The notes under the pieces are model-generated. The model ran no database searches. It was given only the letters and a program-made list of their open reading frames with translations, and was not told the origin of the DNA. Below, piece by piece: positions 12,207 to 22,730 of a stretch of 64,000 bases of DNA. The position numbers and the translations under genes are program-made. The stretch lies in contig ML978128.1 of NCBI GenBank assembly GCA_010015805.1, positions 1,054,001 through 1,118,000 of the forward strand, given 5' to 3'. Within the stretch, counting starts at the first letter, position 1; each line of letters begins with the position of its first letter. Origin of the DNA: Rhizodiscina lignyota (Eukaryota).

Positions 12207-14392
12207 TCATCGTACCTGTTGCTGTAGCGACTCGCTAACTATACGGCGCCTCTTTGTGGCCGCCGTATTGGTGTTGTCGCTCTGTAGTCCTTGCACAGCT
12301 AGGTTCTCGACAGCAATCCTCGCCCTCTGCACCAATTCTGAACAGAACATACACATTCGAGCGAGCATATCGTCTCCACTCTTCTCTGAAAGCTGACGGG
12401 CATCATAAAGAGCCGCATCGACCACGCTGAGATCATTTTTTGCGAGTGGATGAGTCGGGTTGTGTATAGTGTTTGCCAAGAGTATGAGGAGCGCAGTTAT
12501 GGCCGCACACATTACGAACCTACTCGCAGCATAAGAGTCAGCGATGATCTGGAAGTCATCCAAGGCTAAGCTAATGGAAGAGCGCGAGTTGCACAGCTTA
12601 CCAAGAACAGGCGGAATCGCCCTGAGGGGTGTGCCGTTTCAAAGAGAGACAGCTTCGCGCGCTCGTGACCATCTTTGGCCATACAAGTGGCAGTTGGTGA
12701 GAAAGATCCTTTAAAGATTGTTCGAAATCTATGTTGTTACAAGGACATTGACCGATGTTGCGGATCCAGCCTGCGTCGCGCGAGTATACCCGGTAGATTC
12801 TGGCCAGAGAATGGAAGTGTACGAAATGGACGATAGATATGTGAATCAGCGATGTTGATGACACCTTGCTTGCGATATTCTCCACTCGGAACTCTGGCGG
12901 TAAACTATTTTTCCAGTCTTCCAATGCGGTTTCGATCGACTTGACTAGGCTCTCGCGTTCAATGTCGCTCTGTCCTCTCGCTCGTAATGAGAAAAGATCT
13001 TTGTATATTCGTGACTCTATGCACGCTAAGTCAACCCTTGAGCGGAACAGGTTGAACTTTACACGGCCGTCTAGAGTGTAAATGTCCCCAGATCCATCTT
13101 CCGGATTGAGGGGAGGTAATTCGAGATCTGTGTCGTCGTCATCGATCAGAGACGGTTGACCATGGTGCAAGCTGAGGTCTTTGTCTAAGACGTAAGCGAT
13201 CCAGAAGACTTTTCTCCTCTGCTCTATCAACTCTGGATCTAAGGGATTGCCGTGGGGATCGCGTTCGACTCTTGCGTGTAGACGGATGCGATGAGCTAGT
13301 CGAATCGCGATAGCCAACAAAACCAAAGCAGGCTGTTGATTGAACGTGCCTTTATAAATCATTGTCATGTTCAAAAGGACTTGAACGCTAAGGAGGCTAG
13401 GGGCCGCTGTTGTGAGATCGCTCAGTACTGACTGAGAAGCACGAAGAAGCTCGGATGCTTTTGAGTCCTCCAGAGCAACGCGATAATCTTGATCTTGCAG
13501 AGCAAAGTGCATCGCACGGATTCGGTGTGCATGGGATAGAACCACTTGAAGGGAGGCACGGTGAAGAGGATCGTGCTGTGACGGTGGCTGAGTATACAAG
13601 CATCTAACAATGCGCATAAACTGTGACTCGTGGAACAGTGGATATGCAGCATTCACTCGCTGAAAGAATTCTTGGACGAGAGGGAGAGTTTCCTCTAAAG
13701 GAGGTAGGCCATCGCCTGCAACTGAAGATAGCGACATTGGCGTCTCCCTGTATAGATCTCCCGTGGGAGGTTGGTCGACTATGATAGTGGCTGGACTTTG
13801 TGCGGTGACGTTACTTGTTGGCGTCCTGTCTAGTTGAGGAGGAGGTTCCTTTTGCATCCCAAACATCGCACCATCAGATTGCAACGGAGGAGCATCCAGG
13901 TTGAATGATGGTATTGGAATTGTGCTGAGATCGACAGTGCTCCACGCCGAGCCGTAACCGAGTTCAAGTTGTTGTAATCGCTCCTCGAATCTGTGTAATT
14001 GTGATTCAAGGACTGCTAGACGATTCACAGACATTTGCTCCGTTGATCTATTCGTCCGAATCTTCGCGTTCCTAGCTGTACTGAAGCCACAGGGCTCATT
14101 GTACATGATGCAGTTCGCACATCTTGGGGATTGCATATCACATCTGAGCTTCTTCTGATGGCAAAGATCACATGCTTGTCGCTGTACTCTTCTATGTTAG
14201 TGGAAGCGTGGGCCTGACATTGGAGGAGCATTCAATTACCGCTCGGCGTGAACGAAACATAGGAGTGTCTGGCGATATTGGCTGGTGATACATTAGCTTC
14301 CATATATGTTGAGTATAACGCATTACCTGGTACATAGCAAATGCGCAGGGTAGACTCACAGATGGCTCCTTTTGATTTTTTGTCGGCTCCAT
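12207..14392 (-). CDS. Zn2Cys6 transcription factor with fungal-specific TF domain (3' end uncertain; may extend to ~11589)
   Basis: RSRRA|RQACDLCHQKKLRCDMQSPRCANCIMYNEPC after intron 14239-14182; middle homology region FFQRVN..YPLFH, AIRLAHRIRLH, EQRRKVFWIAYVLDK. Confidence 0.9.
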
Positions 14393-14608
14393 GTTGTGGA
14401 TTCTCGTCGATGGCGAACACAATGTACCTTTCCGGACCCAGTCCTTCACTATGGTGGACTGAAAAGGATTTTGGAACAGTCCAAAACGAAGACAGTTGCC
14501 CAGGATATACCGAAAATCATTGGACAATTAGTACAGTAACATTTTGCGATCAATCGAGCATGGGCAAAGCAATACTGGTTACGCAGAGATGACAAAGCGC
14601 CTTTCGGC

Positions 14609-15666
14609 CCACGGCCCACGGCAAGTCTGCCAAGCCCGCTTACGAAAGAGCCAAGTCGGATCGATGTCCACGACACAGAACATAAAAATAGTGAACAATG
14701 AAAAGATATGAATAAAGAGGAACTGTTGGTTGTGGAAATTTGGTATGGTGTGATCATACTATCGTCAATGACTAGGTGGATCTTGCGATCGATTCGGGTT
14801 GGCGGCGGACTCCTCCTTGCTGCTTTAAAGATCCTTCCGCCGCATGGCTCCATCATGCAGAGAGATAACCGTCGTCTAACGTCAATTTTGTTCCAGGGGA
14901 GCTTGGAAGCTACTGAGCACGTCCTAGCGGACTCGGTGTCGACGCGATGATGCCCAAGCGTCTCGCAAGGCTGCTTAAAAGATGCAATGCTGTTAACACG
15001 TGAAAGTCCATTTGTGGCGTTTCGATCGGTACATGCTGTGGCGTTGTTTCGAATCGATAAGTATTGATGAATCGGATTTTCTTAATGCACAGTGAACAAT
15101 GTTGCTTTGAGAGCGGGTAAGGGAAGTACTTTCTGCTTGGTTGGGTTGAGCTGTTTAAATAGAGAAGGACTCGAAAAGCGTCCAGGGTTTGTCATCCCAT
15201 GGCAGCCACGGAAAGGGCTTTGCATCCAAGCAATATTCAACATGCGAAGCTGTTGCGACATTCAATAGTCTCCACGGCTATATCGTGGCGTTGGTGATCG
15301 TTAAGCTGCTTCTGAAGCTTGACGCGGTCTTGGTACTATCTGAAGCGCATCTCGAATGTAGTTTCCGTATCCGGCATTAGAGTACCTCACCGGGGGAGGT
15401 AGCTTTGCTGTTATCATGCAAGCGACGCGGTAATTGGCGTGAAGGCCTAATTATCGAACCGGAGCAATGAAAAGCGCCGTGGAATAACGTGACAAAGAAA
15501 TCCACGGCTGCCGTGGAATTCGGCGATGTGTAATATATCATTGAAGCGCTCTACAATGTCGTGGAGTTAAGCAGCTGTATATGGAGTGGAGCGGTGTGTA
15601 ATAGCTCATTGAGGTGCTTTACAATGTCGTGGAGTTAGGCAGTTGTATGTCCTAGTCAAACCGTGG
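14609..15666. promoter_or_regulatory. Cluster of CCACGG/CCGTGG sites (putative Zn2Cys6 binding sites) in the divergent TF-SDR promoter
   Basis: Copies at 14609, 14616, 15206, 15272, 15477, 15502, 15511 and 15661, including the palindrome TCCACGG-ctg-CCGTGGA at 15501-15517. Confidence 0.55.
15527..15650 (+). repeat. Imperfect 56-bp direct repeat (period 68)
   Basis: tgtgtaatatatcattgaagcgctctacaatgtcgtggagttaagcagctgtatat (15527-15582) versus tgtgtaatagctcattgaggtgctttacaatgtcgtggagttaggcagttgtatgt (15595-15650). Confidence 0.9.
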
Positions 15667-15779
15667 GAGAGTCAAAGCCTTAAAAAGCCTGTGTCCGAGG
15701 CGCTTCAATTCCTGGTTCATCTCTCAATTCGCTCGTCTTTTAACTCATTAGGAAGGACTCGTTGGTTGCTGCTCTTAAG

Positions 15780-16724
15780 ATGGTATCAGAAACCCAACCC
15801 TCCGAAAGGCCAGCTCCTCTCATAAAAGGTTATCACCACAAAGCATATCCAAGGATCGATCCGACTCGTCCAGAGCTGTCTGCAGCGGGAAAGAATGTGG
15901 TGATCACAGGCGGCTCAGCGGGAATCGGTACAGAAGTTGCTATTGCATTTGCTAAAGCGGGTGCTTCAAGCGTCTCCATCCTCGGTCGTAACGAAGATCG
16001 CTTGAAGGCATGCGCTGAAACCATCAAAGCGGCAAGATCCAACGCGGACACAAAAGTCTCGTACTACGTCGCCGATCTCAACAAGCGGGGAGACCTCGAC
16101 CGCTCGATGGACTCCATCGTTGCATCAGCTGGCAAGATTTCTGTCTTTGTGTCTAATGCTGGCGAACTCGGGCCCACTGGAGCATTGGCGTCACTAAACG
16201 TTGATCAGTTCATGTCCACATTCGATTCAAATGTTCGGGGCGCCCTGAATGCTGTCCAGGCCTTCTTACCTAGGGCTTCTAAAGACGCTATCCTCATCAA
16301 CATGTCCACCGGCGTCGCACACATCGCTCCTCGACCACAGATGGCTGTCATAAGTTCCTATGCGGCGAGCAAAGCGGCCAATCTCAAGATGATGGACTGG
16401 CTCGCAGCCGAGAATCCCGACATCTTTGTGGTGAATGTATCGCCTGGTATAGTAGCAACGGATATGAACGTTAAATCCGGCGTTACACCACAAGACGAAA
16501 GTATAAACTTCGGTCTATCGAGTGTTTGCACGTGGACATAGGCTGATGTTGTTACAGTTGATCTTCCTGCGGCATTTTGTGTTTGGCTGGCATCAGCAGA
16601 GGCTCGTTTCCTGAAGAGCAAGTTCGTCTGGGCCAATTGGGATGTAGACGAACTCATGTCGAAGGCTGAAGAGATACAGGATTCCAGCTTGTTCACCTGG
16701 ATGGTAGATGGCGCACCCATGTAA
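15780..16724 (+). CDS. Short-chain dehydrogenase/reductase (classical SDR)
   Basis: TGGSAGIG, VSNAG, catalytic YAASK, PGIVAT; intron 16501-16557; C-terminus FCVWLASAEARFLKSKFVWANWDV. Confidence 0.93.
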
Positions 16725-17253
16725 TCTCGCTTTTTTCAAGCCCCGATATGTACCTTCTCTTGTTCATATGCGAATCAATCACAGAGAAGTCCTCATTATG
16801 CTCGTAGTATTTCTCCAAATTCTGGGCGAAAACTGGGGATGCCTTGCTGTGGTTATAAGAAGAAACACCGTAAACGCCGAGCGCGGTCGAGTTGATGACA
16901 TTTCTCTCTGGAACAAGCCCGATTGGCGCCGATTATGCATATCTAGACGGCCCATTTTCATTTCGCCGAAATTTTCCTTTTCGCATGAGCACAACCACTC
17001 TTGTAAATATTGCTGTCTTCATGTCGAGAGATAAGAGTATGAGTGGGTGTCATATATACAGTGCGGACTTTGCCTGCAACTCCAACGTTATCCCCGTAGA
17101 TTATGATTTTACCTGGATTTGACATCATTATATCTGTGCGCTGGGGCCTTGCCTATTTAGCCGCTCGCTCCTTTATCACAATCAGCCCTTCTCTAACAAA
17201 TTACAATTCTTACTGTGCTATTGATTATCGTCATCTACAAGATCTGTTACACC

Positions 17254-18285
17254 ATGACCCGCGTTCTTCTCACCGGTGGCAGCGGTTTTATTGCCGCGCA
17301 TGTATTAGAGCTTCTTCTCAAGCGTGGCCATTCTGTCGTGACTACGGTCCGAAGTCAGAGCAAGGCAGACAAGATCAAGCAGGCGCATTCAGATGCTACT
17401 AAAGATAGCCTAGACTTCTTCATTGTCGAAGATGTGGCCAAAGAGGGCGCTTTTGATGAGGTCGTTCAGTTGAAACCCTCATTTGAGGCCGTCATCCATA
17501 CCGCAAGCCCATTCCACTTCAACGTTACCGACGTTCAGAAGCAGCTGTTGGACCCTGCTATCATAGGGACCACAGGGATTCTGCAATCGGTGAAGAAATA
17601 TGCCCCATCTGTCAAGCGAATGGTCATAACATCTTCGTTCGCTTCGATTCTGGATCCATTCGCTGGTGCCCGACCTGATCACACATACTCCGAGAAAGAT
17701 TGGAATCCCATCACTCAAGAGCAGGCGCTCGAGAACCCCGGAAATGGCTATAGAGGGAGCAAAACGTTTGCAGAAAAAGCTGGGTGGGAGTTCCTGGAGA
17801 AAGAACATCCGAACTTCACGCTCGCTACTATTTGCCCCCCGCTTGTGCTTGGTCCAATTGTCCACTACCTGAACTCGCTGGATGCGCTCAACACATCCAA
17901 CACGCGCTTACGGGACTACATCAACGGCACTCTGAAGAACAGTTCAGACAAGGAAATGCCGGGTCCCTACATCTGGGTCGACGTGCGGGATGTCGCTCTT
18001 GCTCACGTGAACGCAATGGAGCGTGACGACGCACAGAACAAGCGGTTCTTCACCACTGCAGGATTCTTCTCGAACAGTGAGATCGTTCAGATCCTTCGGA
18101 AGAACTTCCCAGAGTACAGAGACCAGCTGCCACCAGAGTCGTGGAAAGGCGGGTACAGGCCAACCCCTCACTACGGCATCGATAATAGCAGATGCGAGAA
18201 GATTCTTGGTATTCAATGGACGACATTGGAGCAGAGTGTTGTCGATACGGTCAAGTCGCTGCAAGCGCTACGATCAAGCCTTTGA
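17254..18285 (+). CDS. NAD(P)-dependent epimerase/dehydratase-family reductase (GRE2 / aldehyde reductase II-like)
   Basis: VLLTGGSGFIA, HTASPF, TSSFAS, catalytic YRGSK, VDVRDVA; intronless. Confidence 0.92.
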   Translation: MTRVLLTGGSGFIAAHVLELLLKRGHSVVTTVRSQSKADKIKQAHSDATKDSLDFFIVEDVAKEGAFDEVVQLKPSFEAVIHTASPFHFNVTDVQKQLLDPAIIGTTGILQSVKKYAPSVKRMVITSSFASILDPFAGARPDHTYSEKDWNPITQEQALENPGNGYRGSKTFAEKAGWEFLEKEHPNFTLATICPPLVLGPIVHYLNSLDALNTSNTRLRDYINGTLKNSSDKEMPGPYIWVDVRDVALAHVNAMERDDAQNKRFFTTAGFFSNSEIVQILRKNFPEYRDQLPPESWKGGYRPTPHYGIDNSRCEKILGIQWTTLEQSVVDTVKSLQALRSSL

Positions 18286-18867
18286 AGGCAATACAGCAAG
18301 TTGCCGAAGAAGTGGCGCACAGTCCCATCGCTCCCGACTCGCTGAAATTTGGGATCGGTAGTTGCTATCGAGTGGGGGCTACACTGATATATTAGACTTG
18401 GTCAGCGATGATTCTTTTACTAGACTGGCCAATCAATTAGAGGGATAGAGGCAAATATCAGACTGTTGAGCTTGAATAGTTTTGATGCGTCATGGGACAA
18501 TCAGAAGTTATCGTTTAAAGAAGTGAGAATCATCCTTTGGTGGAAATTATGTAGACCTGAAGGAATTCTACGTACCAGGTAATGTTATAGACTTCGCTGA
18601 GAGGAGTGCTTTGATGTGTCGGTCCCAAAGATGATGAGTGAAAATCTTCAGGAGCGGATCGGGAGTCTATACAACCACGGTTAAACTTCGGAGGTGGGCT
18701 TCCAGGATGATGTCGCTTGAACAACACAGCTGTGGATGCCCAAAACAAGCTGCGAAGCTATATCTTGAACAACCCCTCCACCTTCTTCTCTTGCATCTTC
18801 TAACCAGAAGATAGCGCAAAGGGAACCTGAGAGAAAACACACATCGATCACTTCAACTCCAAGCAGG

Positions 18868-19584
18868 ATGTCGAGTAAGCACTTCTAGAAGCTACCAACT
18901 ATAACATTTACTTTACTAAGAACAGTGTATCAGACTTCCAGGTCGTCGCTGGTGCGTAAATCCTTTGAGCAGCCGCATAATTCGTGTCCAAGCGAATGGT
19001 GCAGCTAGATGTACACGCGAACAATGCACTGACTGGCAACCAGAACAATTCGTTCAGTTCTACTACAAGACCTTCGACGAGAGCCGCGGGCAGCTCGCTG
19101 CTCTCTACGTACGTTCATACCACAGCCTCATGCGAGACCGAAGGAAGATAACTGACGAGGAGAGATATTGTAGCGCGACAAGTCCATGCTCACCTTCGAG
19201 AACCAGGCCACCTTGGGCGCTGCGGGCATTGTCGAGAAGTTGACGGTGAGTGTTTCCAAGGAGAACACAAGGAATGAACGATCGTGTCTGATTGTGTAAC
19301 TTTGCAGAACCTTCCGTTCCAGAAAGTCGCGCATCAAGTTGCTAGTCTGGACGCGCAGCCGTCTAACGAGCAAGGTGGAATTCTCGTGCTGGTCACCGGA
19401 GTGCTGCTGGTACGATTACCCGATATGATATAACCTTTGAATATAACAGCCATCTGACTATCTGCAGGTCGATGAGGAGCAGCGAGCAATGAGCTACACA
19501 CAGGCCTTCCAGTTGGTGCCTGAGGGAGGATCGTTCTACGTCTACAACGACGTGTTCCGCCTGGTATACCCTGCCTCTGGTTAA
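18868..19584 (+). CDS. NTF2: Nuclear transport factor 2
   Basis: Six exons splice to MSNFQVVAEQFVQFYYKTFD..SMLTFE..IVEKLTNLPFQKV..LDAQPS..VLVTG..YVYNDVFRLVYPASG*. Confidence 0.93.
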
Positions 19585-20243
19585 GGCACGAACTCGATTA
19601 GACATCGGTGCTCGGAGTCTACTCCCTTCATCTGTGGATTTTGCGATATGCATGTGTGCGCAATGGGGGGATTCGGTGATGGGTGGCTCGGGGATGCTGA
19701 ATTGCGATTTCAGCCACACTTCGATAGTAAACGCCGACAGTAAATCGGTGGCAGTCAACGAATGAACATAAGGTTACGGTTTGCACATGCGCCACAGTCT
19801 GATCATCGTGACCGTAAATCTCTCGGATGTTTATCTTGCGAGATTGCACCGCCTTAAAGCGCTACGTAGGCCCAGTCGGTTGTCTTACGACTTATTTGCC
19901 GCCCAAATGCGGTAAGGCGTGCCTTTGTACAGCTGGACCCTGACCCAAATGCCACACCTTTCGTTTTACGGTACGTGGATTCGAAGGCAACAACTTTGTT
20001 ATAAGCAGCGAAGACCAGCACGGACGCACAACAGTTCAGCTACCATTTCGACTCTGTTTGTATCGCAACTTCCGAAGCGCACGCTTTGCCGACTTCCCGG
20101 GAGTGCAACAAACATCAACGACAACCCTCAAAATAAACCTCCGCCCCAAAACAATTCAGCTACGGCAACGACGGACGCTGTGCGAACAACCCGTTTAACG
20201 ATATAAATCCTACATAGGAGGACGAGATAGCTCTACAGTCACA

Positions 20244-21029
20244 ATGACGCTCGCGGAAGAGTTTCGGACGCGGAATTTCAGTGAGTTATCGCCCACAGAG
20301 ACGTAGCCTCATAACATCTGCTGACAGCTTCTCTTTCAGGCATTTACGGTCAATGGTTAGTTATCTCTTGACGATGCCTTCCATTCAATTCTCGAACAAT
20401 GTAGCACCGCCATCTACATATCGTCCGAATATGCGTCGTGCGTAGGACGGGAGAGGTCAAATTGGCCACAGCTTCACTCCTTACAAAATCAAGATCGCGC
20501 CGGCAGTTGACCTCTTACGACAGTCGCCAATACAGACAATTCAGGCTGAAGTTAGACAGAGGCTAATGGGATTGTTGTACAGGACTGGCGTTATCTGCAT
20601 AGTGCTCTGCTTTGCGCTCGGCATCGCCAACATCTTCCACTTTGATATTATCATCCTTTGGAGTGTCTTCTGCCTGTAAGATTTACCTCCGTCTCTACCG
20701 AAATGCGTTGGATTTGACACGATCGCAGCGTCTCCGCCTTCATCCTTATCTTCATCGAAATTCCCCTGCTCCTCAGAATATGTCCGACCTCCGCAGGATT
20801 TGACAACTTCATCCGACGCTTCGCAACTAACTACATGCGCGCTGCAATCTATCTGGTCATGAGCATCATACAATGGACCTCGTTGGTTCGATATGCCACG
20901 AGCTTGATCGCAGCTGCAGTGTTGCTGCTCATCGCAGGGGCCTTCTATGCTCTTGCAGGCTTGAAGCATCAAGAGTTCATGAGCAGTAAGACTCTTGGCG
21001 GTCAGGGAGTCGCGCAGATGATTGTCTAG
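20244..21029 (+). CDS. TVP18: Golgi membrane protein Tvp18
   Basis: Four exons give MTLAEEFRTRNFSIYGQWTGV..ALGIANIF..FIEIPLLLRICPTS..SKTLGGQGVAQMIV*. Confidence 0.9.
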
Positions 21030-22730
21030 ATGCGGATGCCCTATGAGACGGTGGAACTGGTGAAGAGGAGGGGTTGGTTGAGCTTAATGAAGTAGTGGGC
21101 GGGGGCAGCTGTTGAAGAAATGATGACCTGCAAATTTCACGATTCGGGATACCGATTTGCAGCTTCTGCTTGGACGTTGTATTTATACGGCGTTGCACGG
21201 TTTGGCACCCTTTGGGAAGGCCACTCTGCTTTGGGCGTGTCTTTTCGAAAGTTTTCCAGAAGTATGGCATGGCGTATACGGGTCGGGCCTTTTGGTATAG
21301 GCAGGAACATAGTTACAATTACCTAAAGGCCTTCCGAATTTGAATGCTTTACTCTCATCTTTAGGTCATTAGCGTAGATTGTGTACCAGAAGGAAACGGA
21401 TCTCCGCAATTCTAGTCTCGGACTGCTACCCTCCCCGCAAAATCGGACTGATAGGTACAGCAAGGACCGGCTCCTTAGGCCTCGCATTGCGTGTCTCTGA
21501 CTCGCATTATTACCGAATCATCCGCCTTACAGCTGCATCGGGCTAACGTGATGATTGTGCATGAGACCCAGTAGCATCATCAGGAACCATTAAGGTGTCA
21601 CGAGGGCCGCAGTGGCGGGTGGGAGAAAGAGGCGCTGGTGGGTGAGAAAATTGTGGACGCCCTTTGCCAATTGGAGCGATCTGTCGCAGGGCAGTTTTGC
21701 GCCTTTCAAAGAGGTGAATTGGATGTACGATATCATAGAGGCATATTTTGGCATATTTTAAATCTTCTCCATGTATCAGAATTTCACAATCGCGCCGTTG
21801 AGGAGGGCGAATTCCGCGATTAAAAGATCAAGTTTTGATGGTGCCGGCCAGCGCTTCTGTCACCTGGACGGGCGGTAGCTGCGCCTCTCTGCATGCAAGT
21901 GAGTGAAAGCTTTTCTGCGAATGACAGAGCGAGCTGCAGCGCCCAATGGAAGGATGATGAGAGCTGATGACACGCACTTGTTTGCACTGTATCAGATTTG
22001 CTTCCAATTCAAGCGGACAAAGACGACGCAAGAGGAACTCTGGTCATGTTCTAGATATGCACACAAAGACAGGCAAGCAATAAATACAGAAAGCATGAAA
22101 CAGCGTCAGACTCGGTCGGGAGAATGCGGTATTTTAATGTTCGATCGATTAAGCATGGCCTGCACGCTGCTTCGGCTGGCCAATCCCCCCAGACTCTGAA
22201 TTCGCTCGCGCACAGCTTTGGCTTCAAGCGAACCCCAGGCGCTGCAACGACATATATCCCTACCGCCACGCCCAACTGCTCTTGCCTTTCTTTTCTACGC
22301 CGTCAATGGCATACACCGCCTTTATACATCCCATCTGCGCGCAATAACCCTCCCATTCCACCCGCTACAACCTCATTTTCTTTTCTCTGATCATCCTGTA
22401 AGTGACGTCTTTGTGCACCGTACCTGATCCTATTCCCGCGGCTACATGCGGTACTTTTCGTCATGGCTGGACGACCGCAACGGTGTTTGCATCTGCGAGC
22501 CTAGATGCATTCCACATATGCTGTGTCTCGTCATAGAACACCTTCAATGCAACTCACCACCACTGCTAGAGTCGAGTCGTGTGCACTTGCGGTATCTTCT
22601 ATTCAACCGCTTATCATTCACCACCTTCAAACTTCGCTGCCGCGCCATCGGACTGCTTTGTTTCGAGGAAGTACTGACCACCTCATGTCTAGGCTTTTTC
22701 CAGTTCCATCTTGTACCTCCTTCCACCACA

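Noticed and set aside
18274..18285. C-terminal -SSL of the GRE2-like reductase as a cryptic PTS1
   Set aside because: Weak variant with no support from sequence alone.
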